64,000 bases of DNA from Patescibacteria group bacterium (GTDB lineage: Bacteria; Patescibacteriota; JABMPQ01; JBFLZX01). Position numbers and translations under genes: made by a program. The notes under the pieces were generated by a model. The model saw only the letters and a program-made list of their open reading frames with translations. It was not told where the DNA came from and made no database searches. The stretch lies in contig JBFLZX010000001.1 in NCBI GenBank assembly GCA_040756075.1, positions 28,787-92,786 of the forward strand, read 5' to 3'. Below, piece after piece: positions 1-9,888 of this stretch; the stretch's first letter is position 1; each line of letters opens with the position of its first letter.

Positions 1-1296
1 AATTTTTTTAATTTAGCAGTAAAACAGATTCCTAAGAAACAGTTTATCATATGGTTTGGAATTGCTGTTATATTAAGATTATTATTTTTATATATGACAA
101 TGCATGGGGATTTATTTTTTATTCATTATTATCCTACTAAATTAGGTACGCAAGGGCTTTTTGATATTTATCGGAATGGCAATATCTCAAGTTTGTATTA
201 TCCACCCTTAACTTATTTCTTTATAGGGGTTTATCAATTACTTTTAAAGCCATTTAATCCAGAGTTTTATAACTGGATACAAAATATATTTAATAGCAAT
301 GATGTAAGGGTATGGTTAGTTAATAATGGAATAAGCACAGAGTTTTTTAAGCAAATATTTTTTATGAAATTTCCTGTAGTAGTATTCGATTTCTTGTGTT
401 TTTTTATTATTTTAAGATATCTTGAAAAACCTTGTCATAAAAAAACAGCTTTAAAATTATGGAGCATTAATCCAGTTATTCTATACGGCATCTATGGATT
501 TGGGCAAATAGATATTATACCGGCGTTCTTCGCCGCATTATCTTTATTGTTAATCAAATATAAAAACGAATGGTGGGGATTTTTTTGTTTAAGCGTTGCT
601 GCTTTGTTTAAAACATTTACTATTTTTATGGTGTTGCCATTTTTAATATTATTAACTAGATCAAAAAGAGATTTATTCAAAAAATTACTCGCTTTGATTA
701 TTCCGTTTATTATTGTATTTTTGCCTTTACTTATTTCTAGCAAGGGCAGAATCCTGCGTTCAATATTTTTCGATCCGGGAGATAAATTAATTCCCTGTTT
801 AAGTTATTTGCAGAAATCGATTACCATTATATTTTTTATATTATTATATTATGTTGCTTATAAGCTAAGAGAAAAAGAAAAGAAAGACCATTGGTTATTA
901 ATGTTATCCATAGCTTCATTGATGATCCTCTATAGCGTAGCATTTATACCCGTGCATTATTTTATTTGGATTACTCCATTTCTAATTATAGCAGTTTCTG
1001 ATAATGCCTTTCCCTTAAAATTTTATTGGTTTCTTATTGTCCTTGTATTTTTGTATTGCTTGAATAGCCCAAACACAACTAGCAGGTTATTAATGCCTAT
1101 TAATCCTAAATTTTTTTATAAGTTTCCTAGCTTACCGGATTTAATGCATAAAATGCATATTAAATGGGGGGCTATTATGCTTTCAGCAAGATTGATTTTT
1201 ACGGCAAGCTGTGTATTAATTGCTTTTGAGCTTATTGGTGTAAGTTCAATCATAGAGCGTTTATTTAAAATTAAGATTGGATATAGGAAGGCATAA
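1..1296 (+). CDS. GT-C-fold multi-pass membrane glycosyltransferase (GT87/DUF2029-like), 5'-truncated
   Basis: Frame 1 is open from base 1 (NFFNLAVKQIPKKQFIIWFGIAVILRLLFLY-MTMHGD), so the CDS probably starts before the window rather than at 94. Motifs YYPPLTY, MKFPVVVFD, WSINPVI, GQIDIIP and many TM segments are typical of GT87-like proteins. Confidence 0.7.
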   Translation, partial: NFFNLAVKQIPKKQFIIWFGIAVILRLLFLYMTMHGDLFFIHYYPTKLGTQGLFDIYRNGNISSLYYPPLTYFFIGVYQLLLKPFNPEFYNWIQNIFNSNDVRVWLVNNGISTEFFKQIFFMKFPVVVFDFLCFFIILRYLEKPCHKKTALKLWSINPVILYGIYGFGQIDIIPAFFAALSLLLIKYKNEWWGFFCLSVAALFKTFTIFMVLPFLILLTRSKRDLFKKLLALIIPFIIVFLPLLISSKGRILRSIFFDPGDKLIPCLSYLQKSITIIFFILLYYVAYKLREKEKKDHWLLMLSIASLMILYSVAFIPVHYFIWITPFLIIAVSDNAFPLKFYWFLIVLVFLYCLNSPNTTSRLLMPINPKFFYKFPSLPDLMHKMHIKWGAIMLSARLIFTASCVLIAFELIGVSSIIERLFKIKIGYRKA

Positions 1297-2034
1297 TTGA
1301 AACTATCAGTTATAATACCAGCGCATAACGAAGAAGATTGTATTGAGAAAACTGTCTTAGACATTTCTGAAGAATTAAAAAAAGAATCTATAGATAACGA
1401 AATAATAATTGTTAATGATAACAGCACTGACAGAACCGTCTCTATAATTAATAATTTAGCTCAAGAGTATAATGATATACGGTTGATTAATAGGCAATCA
1501 CCTAATGGATTCGGCAGGGCAGTTAGAGAAGGGTTAGATAATGCAACCGGAGATGTGATTATAATTGCGATGGGTGATGCTTCAGATGACCCTAGGGATA
1601 TCGTGAAGTATTTTTATAAAATTGAAGAAGGGTATGACTGTGTTTTTGGTTCAAGGTTTATTAAGGGTGCCATGACAAGAGATTATCCATTTCATAAATT
1701 GATTGTAAACCGCATAGCAAATACTTTTTTAAGAATCCTTTTTTTAACCAAACACAATGATTTAACCAATGCTTTTAAAGCTTATCGTAGGGAAGTTATA
1801 GACGCTATTAAGCCGATAGAGTCGCTTTATTTTAATATTACCATAGAACTGCCCCTAAAAGCACTTATAAGAGGCTATTCTATTGCTTCAATGCCGACTA
1901 ATTGGTATGGCCGTAAAAGTGGTGTTTCTAAATTAAAAATTAAGGAAATGGGCAGGCGTTATCTTTATACAACACTATATCTATGGTTACAAAAGACACT
2001 TATTAGGGATGATATAAGGGATAAAAGGAAATGA
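1297..2034 (+). CDS. GT2 polyprenyl-phosphate glycosyltransferase (DPM-synthase-like)
   Basis: SVIIPAHNEE, VNDNSTD, GFGRAVREG, GDASDDP, VFGSRF, DLTNAFKAYRR, GRKSGVSK; TTG start directly after the upstream TAA. Confidence 0.88.
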   Translation: MKLSVIIPAHNEEDCIEKTVLDISEELKKESIDNEIIIVNDNSTDRTVSIINNLAQEYNDIRLINRQSPNGFGRAVREGLDNATGDVIIIAMGDASDDPRDIVKYFYKIEEGYDCVFGSRFIKGAMTRDYPFHKLIVNRIANTFLRILFLTKHNDLTNAFKAYRREVIDAIKPIESLYFNITIELPLKALIRGYSIASMPTNWYGRKSGVSKLKIKEMGRRYLYTTLYLWLQKTLIRDDIRDKRK

Positions 2035-3428
2035 ATATTATTTTGATTAGTCCTTCGCAAGGGGATGTCTATGGTAATTTCCAACCGCCTTATCATCCGT
2101 CGATAGGTTTAGGTTATATTGGGGCTGTTTTGGAGAAACAAGGCCATAATGTTAAGATAATTGATATTGATGCCGATAGAGTTACAGAAGACGATTTAAG
2201 AAAAAGAATAGTTGAGGATAAAATAGATTTAGCAGGGATTATGGTTTTAACTCCGATATTTACCAATGCCGTTAGAACCGCGCATATAATAAAAAAGTGT
2301 TCTAACGTTAAGGTTGTATTTGGGGGGATGCATCCGACTATTATGCCTCAAGATTGCTTAAAGATTAAAGATGTGGATTTTGTTGTCATTGGTGAAGGCG
2401 AGCAAACAATTTTAGAGCTAATTAATCAAATTCAGGGAGAGGGAAAATTCAAAGACGTTAAAGGCGTTGGTTTTAAGAAAGACGAAAAGATAATAATTAA
2501 TGAAAATAGACCATTAATCGAGGATTTGGATTCATTACCTTTTCCGGCAATGCGTTTATTTAATAATATAAAATATACTTACCCAGATGCAATTGCAAGC
2601 CCTACATTTCCGATTGTTACAAGTCGTGGTTGCCCTGGAACATGTACATATTGTAGTGCGCAAAGTATGTTTGGCAGGAAATTTCGGGCTCGTAGTGCGG
2701 TAAATATTGTTGATGAAATCGAAAAATTGATAAAAGATTTTGGTGTTAAAGAAGTGCATATTTGGGATGATAATTTCGTAACCATAAAAGAAAGAGTTTT
2801 AAAAGTAAGAGATGAAATTAAAAAGAGAGCTATTTTTATTAAGTTTGCATTTCCTAATGGGGTTAGGGCAGATTTTTTGGATAAAGATGTGATTGGCGCT
2901 CTCAAAGAAATGGGGACATATAGCATAGGCCTTGGTATAGAATCTGGGAATAACGAGATTTTACGGCGAGTCAAAAAAAACATTAATTTAGATAAGATTA
3001 AAGATGCTGTTAAGCTTGCGAAAAAATCAGGTATTGAGGTTTGGGGGTTTTTTATGCTTGGCCTTCCCGGTGAAACAAAAGAAACCGTCAATAATACTAT
3101 AAAATTTGCTATTGATTTAGATCCTGATATCGCAAAATTTCATATTTTAAAGCCTTATCCTGGGACGGAAGTTTTTAAAGAATTCGTAAATAATAATTTA
3201 ATTGATGATTTTGATTTTTCTCATTATGGTATCCATACAGGGCCGGTACACCATCTTAAAAATTTAGCCGTAGAGGAAATGAATTATCTTCAGCGCAGTG
3301 CTTATAAAAAATTTTATTTTAGGCCTTCAAAAATAATTAATCAAATAATAAGATTAAAATCATTCACTAGAATAAAATTAAATATAAAAGTATCGCTATC
3401 TGTTATAAGGAAAGCATTTACTAAATAA
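2031..3428 (+). CDS. Cobalamin-binding radical SAM protein
   Basis: N-terminal B12-binding-like domain (PSIGLGYIGAVL, FGGMHPT, VVIGEGE); SRGCPGTCTYC (CxxxCxxC); DDNF, GIESG, FFMLGLPGET, PYPGT. Confidence 0.9.
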   Translation: MNIILISPSQGDVYGNFQPPYHPSIGLGYIGAVLEKQGHNVKIIDIDADRVTEDDLRKRIVEDKIDLAGIMVLTPIFTNAVRTAHIIKKCSNVKVVFGGMHPTIMPQDCLKIKDVDFVVIGEGEQTILELINQIQGEGKFKDVKGVGFKKDEKIIINENRPLIEDLDSLPFPAMRLFNNIKYTYPDAIASPTFPIVTSRGCPGTCTYCSAQSMFGRKFRARSAVNIVDEIEKLIKDFGVKEVHIWDDNFVTIKERVLKVRDEIKKRAIFIKFAFPNGVRADFLDKDVIGALKEMGTYSIGLGIESGNNEILRRVKKNINLDKIKDAVKLAKKSGIEVWGFFMLGLPGETKETVNNTIKFAIDLDPDIAKFHILKPYPGTEVFKEFVNNNLIDDFDFSHYGIHTGPVHHLKNLAVEEMNYLQRSAYKKFYFRPSKIINQIIRLKSFTRIKLNIKVSLSVIRKAFTK

Positions 3429-3489
3429 TTATTTATTAATCCTAAACACTCAAGATGTCTCAAAATTTTTTATTCATGAATTTTAAAGA

Positions 3490-5007
3490 ATGAAGCATAC
3501 TTTGTTTACTTTATTTTTATTATCTTTTTTGCTTGGGATTATTCTGCGCATGATAAATATTAATCAACCATTGTTGGAATATAATACTACCAGGCAAGCC
3601 CAAACCGCTATGATAACTAAGAATTATATTTTAAATAAACTTCATTTTCTATATCCTACTATTTACAATTATTCCGGTGAGAATCCCACTTATCTTATGC
3701 AGGAATTCCCATTAATTACTGCCCCAGTTGCTATCGCATGCTATTTAATAGGTACAATCCCTGATTGGCTTCTTAGAATCCCTAGCTTGTTTTCATTTAT
3801 AATGGCTACATTTTTTTTATTTAAATTGGTAGAGTTATGTTGGAATCGAAAATTAGCAGTAATTTCTTCTTGTATTTTTATTTTTAGCCCTCTATCTATA
3901 TTAATGAGTAGAACATTTCAACCAGAAATGCCAATGCTATTTTTTCTATTAATGATGTTTTATTTCTTATGGAAATGGGTTTACGATGACAATATTTATA
4001 GTCTTATTTTTTCAGCATTCAGTTTTATGTGCTGCATTCTTTTGAAAGTAACGAATCTTTATTTGTTGCTGCCAATTTTATATATTATCTTATCAAATAA
4101 GAAAAAAATAGATTATCGCCTATTTAATTTTATAGTAGCATTTGTTTTAGCTTTTTTACCTGTATTATGGTGGTATGGTTATCATTGCCCAAAGATACGG
4201 CATTTGTTCCCAAACCAATACGATGTTATCTTTAATATTCACTATCAGACTATTTTTACTAAAAAATATCTAACAAATTTCAATTTTTATTTAAGGTTAA
4301 TTGTTCATATAATCAGGACAGCTTTTACTCCTTTAGTTTCCATTGCATTTATAATCGGATTATTAATTCGCCATAGGACTAATGAAGAAAAATTTTTATT
4401 TTTTTGGCTCTGCGGGGTAATTATTTTTTTATTATCTTTTCCTTCGGTAACGGACCATGAATATTATAAATTAGTAATTGTTCCAATAGGCGCCATATAC
4501 GCGGCTAGAGGCGTAAGTATCTTTTTAAATAAAAATAAAAATTATTTTAAATTAATAATAATTTATTCTAGTATACTTAGTTTTATTTTCTCGCTTAGGA
4601 TAGTTTATCCGTATCTTATAAATAAGGCTTATTTTAAAAATACCTTGCTTGCTGGAAAAGTTATAGATGAGGTTTCTTTTAAAGATGATTTGATTGTTGT
4701 TGCGCATGAATCCGGATCCGGATTGCTTTATTATTGCAATAGGAGAGGGTGGGGATTGAAAATTCCTGCGATTATTAAAAAGCGATGGGATAAAGATGCT
4801 TCTCCTAAGAATTTAGATGAACAAAACTATGAAGCTATTACTTCGTTAGAAGATTATCGGAGAAAAAATGCAAAGTATTTCGTTACCGTAGACATGGAAA
4901 AATTTAATAAAAGCCATAAATTCAGAGAATACATGTTTAAAAATTATATTTTATTAAGACATGAACCAGACAAATATATTATTTTTAAATTAGAAAACAA
5001 GAGGTAA
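3490..5007 (+). CDS. ArnT/PMT-like (GT39/GT83) membrane glycosyltransferase
   Basis: RQAQTAMITKNY, EFPL, LRIPSL, FSPLSILMSRTFQPE, HEYY; ~11 TM segments plus a soluble C-terminal domain (LLYYCNRRGW). Confidence 0.8.
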   Translation: MKHTLFTLFLLSFLLGIILRMININQPLLEYNTTRQAQTAMITKNYILNKLHFLYPTIYNYSGENPTYLMQEFPLITAPVAIACYLIGTIPDWLLRIPSLFSFIMATFFLFKLVELCWNRKLAVISSCIFIFSPLSILMSRTFQPEMPMLFFLLMMFYFLWKWVYDDNIYSLIFSAFSFMCCILLKVTNLYLLLPILYIILSNKKKIDYRLFNFIVAFVLAFLPVLWWYGYHCPKIRHLFPNQYDVIFNIHYQTIFTKKYLTNFNFYLRLIVHIIRTAFTPLVSIAFIIGLLIRHRTNEEKFLFFWLCGVIIFLLSFPSVTDHEYYKLVIVPIGAIYAARGVSIFLNKNKNYFKLIIIYSSILSFIFSLRIVYPYLINKAYFKNTLLAGKVIDEVSFKDDLIVVAHESGSGLLYYCNRRGWGLKIPAIIKKRWDKDASPKNLDEQNYEAITSLEDYRRKNAKYFVTVDMEKFNKSHKFREYMFKNYILLRHEPDKYIIFKLENKR

Positions 5008-5702
5008 TGATGCAATTAAGCCAAGAGAAGATGGTTGGGCGTTTAGGTAGATTCTTAGGCGATGTGCAGAGAATCCAGAACGAGGATATAATTAAACAAA
5101 TATCAGGAAATACTGTATTAGATGTTGGTTGTGGATATGGCGTTTTAACTAAACAATTAGCAGAAAAAAATAAATATAAATTGTTATTAGGAATAGACAG
5201 TGATACATTAGCTATAAATATAGCACGCAATTTATATAAAGATATTAATTTTAAAGAAATTGATTTATATGCTTTAAACCCTCTGCATAATAAATTTGAA
5301 ACCATAATTTTTCGTGAATCAATTCATCATTTAAATGTTGATAAGGCTTTATCATTCGCTAGGCAGATTTGTTCTAAAGAAATTATAATATTTGATCCAA
5401 ATCCTAATTTACTTCTTCGAATGTGTAGATATTTAATTGCGCACAAGGATGATGAAGCAAGATTAGGCGATATTATCACAAGTTGTAATAAAAACCATCT
5501 TAAAATAGAATCTATCAAATACAACAGTATCCTGGCCTTTCCTTTTTCTGGTGGATTTGTCGGAAAAGAAATATGCCCAAATATAAAATTTATTAAGAGG
5601 TCGATAATTTACATAGATTCTGTTTTAGTTAAATTCTTGCATTTCTTAGGTATTGATAGATATTTTTGTTGGCGTTATTTGGTAAAAATAAATATAAATT
5701 AA
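5007..5702 (+). CDS. Class I SAM-dependent methyltransferase
   Basis: VLDVGCGYG motif I, GID motif II, ESIHHL, FDPN. Confidence 0.82.
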   Translation: MMQLSQEKMVGRLGRFLGDVQRIQNEDIIKQISGNTVLDVGCGYGVLTKQLAEKNKYKLLLGIDSDTLAINIARNLYKDINFKEIDLYALNPLHNKFETIIFRESIHHLNVDKALSFARQICSKEIIIFDPNPNLLLRMCRYLIAHKDDEARLGDIITSCNKNHLKIESIKYNSILAFPFSGGFVGKEICPNIKFIKRSIIYIDSVLVKFLHFLGIDRYFCWRYLVKININ

Positions 5703-5716
5703 TATTAATAATTAAA

Positions 5717-6424
5717 ATGTTTTTATCGGTTATTATTCCCGCATTTAATGAAGAAAAGAGGCTAAAACAAACTCTTTGCCAGATATCTTCGTATCTTATT
5801 AAGGGGTATAAAGATTCTGAAATTATTATTGTTGACGATGGCTCTAATGATTGTACGTTTTTAGTAGCGAATGACTTTTCAAAAAATACCAATTTACCAG
5901 TAAAGGTATTAAAAAATATTATAAATTTAGGCAAAGGCGCTAGTGTGAAAAATGGTATACTTGTATCTTGCGGCGATTTTGTTCTTTTTAGTGACGCGGA
6001 TTTATCTACGCCGATAGAAGAATTGGATAAGCTCTTTAACTATATTAAAGATGGTTACGATATCATTATAGGTTCGCGAAGCAAAGAGGATTCAAGCGTT
6101 CAAATACATCAACCATGGTACAGGAAAAAGATGGGGAAAATATTTAATTTTCTTGTAAAATTATTATTATTAAAAGACTTTAATGATACTCAATGTGGTT
6201 TTAAGCTTTTTAAAGGTGATATCGCCAGGAAAATTGCAGGACTTATGCATATTAATGGATTTTGCTTTGATGTAGAGATGCTATATATTGCCCAAAAAAA
6301 TGGTTATAAAATAAAAGAGATAGGTGTTATTTGGAAAAATTCATCCCAAAGTAGAGTAGAAATATTAAATAGTTCATTAAGGATGTTTTTTGATCTTCTT
6401 AAGATTAAAAGGTTGCATATATAA
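5717..6424 (+). CDS. GT2 dolichyl/polyprenyl-phosphate beta-glucosyltransferase-like (Alg5/DPG-synthase type)
   Basis: SVIIPAFNEEKRL, VDDGSND, NLGKGASVKNG, FSDADLSTPIEE, IGSR, DTQCGFKLF, GFCFDVE. Start moved from 5666 to the ATG at 5717, where homology begins. Confidence 0.88.
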   Translation: MFLSVIIPAFNEEKRLKQTLCQISSYLIKGYKDSEIIIVDDGSNDCTFLVANDFSKNTNLPVKVLKNIINLGKGASVKNGILVSCGDFVLFSDADLSTPIEELDKLFNYIKDGYDIIIGSRSKEDSSVQIHQPWYRKKMGKIFNFLVKLLLLKDFNDTQCGFKLFKGDIARKIAGLMHINGFCFDVEMLYIAQKNGYKIKEIGVIWKNSSQSRVEILNSSLRMFFDLLKIKRLHI

Positions 6425-6467
6425 TAAATTTTTTATTACCCACAGACAGAAATTTTTAATTAATAAA

Positions 6468-8732
6468 ATGAGTACAATAAAAGATAATATATTATTTTTA
6501 TTCCTATTTTTTTTACTTACCTGTTTATTTTTCTGGAAAGTTTTTACATTACAGATGACATTTTTAACAGGTGATTATCTCCAGCAGTTTTTTCCTTGGA
6601 TGAATTTTTATGCCATGTCTATTAAAAATTTTAATATACCATTGTGGACAAAGCATATTCAATCTGGTTTTCCGTTGTTTGCAGAAGGCCAGTCAGGGAT
6701 GCTCTATCCGTTAAACGTTATCTTTTTTTATTTACTGCCTTTTAAAGTAGCCTATAATTATTCTTTTTTATTTCATTTTATTTTAGCCGGATTTTTTATG
6801 TATTTATATGTAAAGAAGATGGGTTCTAAAAAAAGCGGAGCATTTCTTGCAGCTATTATTTTATGCTTTGGTAGTGTGTATGCAGGGTCATTTATTAATA
6901 TCAATGCTCTAAAAACGCTATGTTTTTTTCCTGCAATTCTTTTTATTTTTGAGAATTATTTTAGTTATTATAAAAATATAAAATTATTTTTACTCATTGG
7001 GATTATTTGGGGAATACAGCTTTTATGTGGGTCTATTCAAATGGCATTCTACAGTATAGCACTCTGTTTATCCTATTTTTTTCTTAAGGCTTATTTGTTT
7101 AATCGATCAACCCTAAGGTATATTTTTATTTATTCTTTATTGGCAGGAATAATAGCGTTATTAATAGCCATGCCTCAACTTTATGCTACTCTTGAACTTA
7201 CAAAATATTCTATTAGATCTCATCAGACAATAGAATTTGCTTTATGGAATTCATTTTCACCGTTAGCTCTAACCGGTTTAATTTTTCCAATATTAGGATC
7301 TTTATTTATAAGGAACAATGTTGTATATATAAGCCTTATTGGATTTTTCTTTTTTATAGCGGCAGTTTTAAATTTTAAAAGAGATAAAATTATCAAATTT
7401 GTTGTTTTGTTGCTCTTGCTTGTTTTTTTCTTTGCTTTAGGCAAATACAATCCATTCTGTATTTTATTCTTTAAGTTAACAAGGATTTATTCTTTTAGAG
7501 GCCCATCAAAATTAATATATTTTATTGTTTTCTTTTCAGCGATATTAGTTGCTAAAGGTTTTACTTATTATTTCGATAGTAATTTAAGTAATTTATCTGA
7601 AAAAGTATATAAGATTTTTTCTGTTGCATTACTGATTGTGGCTGTTGTATTTTTATCACTAAAATTATTAGTTACAAAATATAGCCAAGAATTGTTAGTA
7701 ATACTAAAGAGATTTGTCGCTTATAATATTTACGGAAAATCTTTTCATCGTTATAGCTTACCTTTTTATTTAGAAAAAGTAGAGAGCAAGTTTATGGTTG
7801 TAAAAGAGAAGCTTCTTCTATCTTTCCCCTTTACTTTCTATGGAATTTGTATTATTTTTTGCATATTTATTTTCACATTTGTATTAACAAGATATGGCAA
7901 GAAGAATTTTTTAAAGTTTATGAGTATAGGGTTTATAGTTATTGATCTTTTTATATATAGTAATTTTTTTGAAGGACCGAGAACAAGCTTGAGTACGTTT
8001 GAAGCAATCAATATTAAGCAGCCCAAAATTTATAATATTTTGAAAAAAGATAAATCTATTTATCGTATATGCCCTTTTAGCATAGAAAAAAAACTGCCTG
8101 TTTGGGCATCATTTAATGCAAATATGATTTATGATTTAGATAGTATCGGTCTTTATAGCCCTCTTTCAAACGAAGATTATTTTTCAAAAGTAAGCATTCT
8201 TGGCGTTGTAGATGATTCTCTGGGTATTATCTCTCCTGGCGAGGCTGCCGTAGGAGCCAATAAAAAATTATTAGAACATCTTAATGTTAAATATATAGCC
8301 TCTTCAAAAAGGCTTAAGGATGATGATTTTGAAGAAATGTTAGAAGAAGAGGGGATTTATCTCTATAAGTTAAGTAATTTTAAGCCAAGATTCATATTTT
8401 CTGCTTCATTGGATGATATTAATAAGAAGCAAGGAAGTGTAGATATTATTGAATATAATTCCGGCACTGCTAAAATTTTAATTAATGCTTATAGCGATGG
8501 TTATTTAATATTTTCTGAAAAATTTTATCCTGGCTGGAAAGTGTTTATTGATGGCGCGAAAGAAGAAATAATAAAAGTCAATGATATTTTAATGGGTACC
8601 AAAATAAATAAAGGAAGACATTCTGTTTTATTTAGTTTTAAGCCCGACTATTTCTACCCTATGTTATTTTTCTCCCTAGCGATTTTATTTTTAATTTCTA
8701 TCATTATCTGTTATGACAGAAAAAAAATATAG
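6468..8732 (+). CDS. YfhO-family GT-C membrane glycosyltransferase
   Basis: GDYLQQFFPW, IPLWTKHIQSGFPLFAEGQSGMLYP, multiple TMs, LNVKY, SEKFYPGWKVFIDG, GRHSVLFSF. Start set at ATG 6468 (track gives 6390). Confidence 0.82.
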   Translation: MSTIKDNILFLFLFFLLTCLFFWKVFTLQMTFLTGDYLQQFFPWMNFYAMSIKNFNIPLWTKHIQSGFPLFAEGQSGMLYPLNVIFFYLLPFKVAYNYSFLFHFILAGFFMYLYVKKMGSKKSGAFLAAIILCFGSVYAGSFININALKTLCFFPAILFIFENYFSYYKNIKLFLLIGIIWGIQLLCGSIQMAFYSIALCLSYFFLKAYLFNRSTLRYIFIYSLLAGIIALLIAMPQLYATLELTKYSIRSHQTIEFALWNSFSPLALTGLIFPILGSLFIRNNVVYISLIGFFFFIAAVLNFKRDKIIKFVVLLLLLVFFFALGKYNPFCILFFKLTRIYSFRGPSKLIYFIVFFSAILVAKGFTYYFDSNLSNLSEKVYKIFSVALLIVAVVFLSLKLLVTKYSQELLVILKRFVAYNIYGKSFHRYSLPFYLEKVESKFMVVKEKLLLSFPFTFYGICIIFCIFIFTFVLTRYGKKNFLKFMSIGFIVIDLFIYSNFFEGPRTSLSTFEAINIKQPKIYNILKKDKSIYRICPFSIEKKLPVWASFNANMIYDLDSIGLYSPLSNEDYFSKVSILGVVDDSLGIISPGEAAVGANKKLLEHLNVKYIASSKRLKDDDFEEMLEEEGIYLYKLSNFKPRFIFSASLDDINKKQGSVDIIEYNSGTAKILINAYSDGYLIFSEKFYPGWKVFIDGAKEEIIKVNDILMGTKINKGRHSVLFSFKPDYFYPMLFFSLAILFLISIIICYDRKKI

Positions 8733-9837
8733 TTTTAAAAAAATACTGGCCAGAATTATTATTGTTATCATTATTTTTTTTATTTTTACGGGATTTTTAT
8801 TTATTATTTCTGAGTTCTCTTATAGGTTGTTTAAGGTGATAAAGCTTGTATTTGAGAAGACATATAGTGTTAAAAATCAGGCCTGGAGAGAATATGATCC
8901 ATTGCTCGGTTGGATTAATAAGCCAAGTACCGATATTTCTATTGATCTTGGGGAAGGAAAAAAGCACGTCTTCATTGATTCCTATGGCTTTCGGAATACA
9001 CCAAAAAATCATGTTTATTACAGGGATTTAAGATATGATAAAATAATTGCTTTGGGAGATTCATTCACTTTTGGCTATGGGGTTAATAATGATGAAACTT
9101 GGCCATTTTATTTAGAGAAACAACTTAGAGCAAAGGATAGAAAAGTTCAAGTTATAAATATGGGTTGCACTGCTTATGGATTAGACCAAGAGTTTCTATG
9201 GTTTAGGCGAGATGGGCTTAAGTTCAAAAGTAAGATTGTTATTCTTGGATTACTTGATATTAGTTTTTCAAGAGCTACATTATCTCGCTGGATACAAGGT
9301 GAGAATAAGCCTAAATTTAAGATTTCTAATGGTAAATTAATACTTGCTAATATTCCCGTGCCAAAACCAAGCAGAGTCGGATCTATACGGATTTCAAAAT
9401 CTGATATTCCTGATATATTATTTAATTGGAGGGGAAGTTATATTATGTCTTTTTTACGAGATAGATTTTATCGCCTTAATTTATTATTCATGAAAAAACT
9501 TCCTGAATGCTCCGAATCTTTTTATCTAGGAAAAGCACTGCTTAGAGAATTAAATTTACTTTGTAATCAAAATAATATTAAATTAATAATTCTATTAATT
9601 CCTAAAAGAGAATGGGAGAATAATTTACCTGCTATTTATTATTCTATGAAGGATTTGAAAAACGAACTTAGTATTGATATAATTGATACTATTGAGTTAT
9701 TCAATGCAGATAATTTAAAATGGCAATATTTATATGATGGCAGTGGCCATTTTTCTGCCGAAGGCAATAAAATTGTAGCAAATTATGTTTATGAATATTT
9801 AGCGAAGAATAATTTTTTTGCTTTATATGCTAATTAA
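8713..9837 (+). CDS. Membrane-anchored SGNH/GDSL hydrolase-fold protein (O-acetyltransferase/esterase, AlgX/AlgJ-like)
   Basis: N-terminal TM; YDPLLGW; block I ALGDSFTFGYGV; INMGCTAYGLDQE; C-terminal DGSGHFSAEGN with catalytic His. Confidence 0.8.
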   Translation: MTEKKYSFKKILARIIIVIIIFFIFTGFLFIISEFSYRLFKVIKLVFEKTYSVKNQAWREYDPLLGWINKPSTDISIDLGEGKKHVFIDSYGFRNTPKNHVYYRDLRYDKIIALGDSFTFGYGVNNDETWPFYLEKQLRAKDRKVQVINMGCTAYGLDQEFLWFRRDGLKFKSKIVILGLLDISFSRATLSRWIQGENKPKFKISNGKLILANIPVPKPSRVGSIRISKSDIPDILFNWRGSYIMSFLRDRFYRLNLLFMKKLPECSESFYLGKALLRELNLLCNQNNIKLIILLIPKREWENNLPAIYYSMKDLKNELSIDIIDTIELFNADNLKWQYLYDGSGHFSAEGNKIVANYVYEYLAKNNFFALYAN

Positions 9838-9888
9838 TATTCTATAAAATATTAATAATTTTAATCAGCATAGTTATTAGGAGGCACA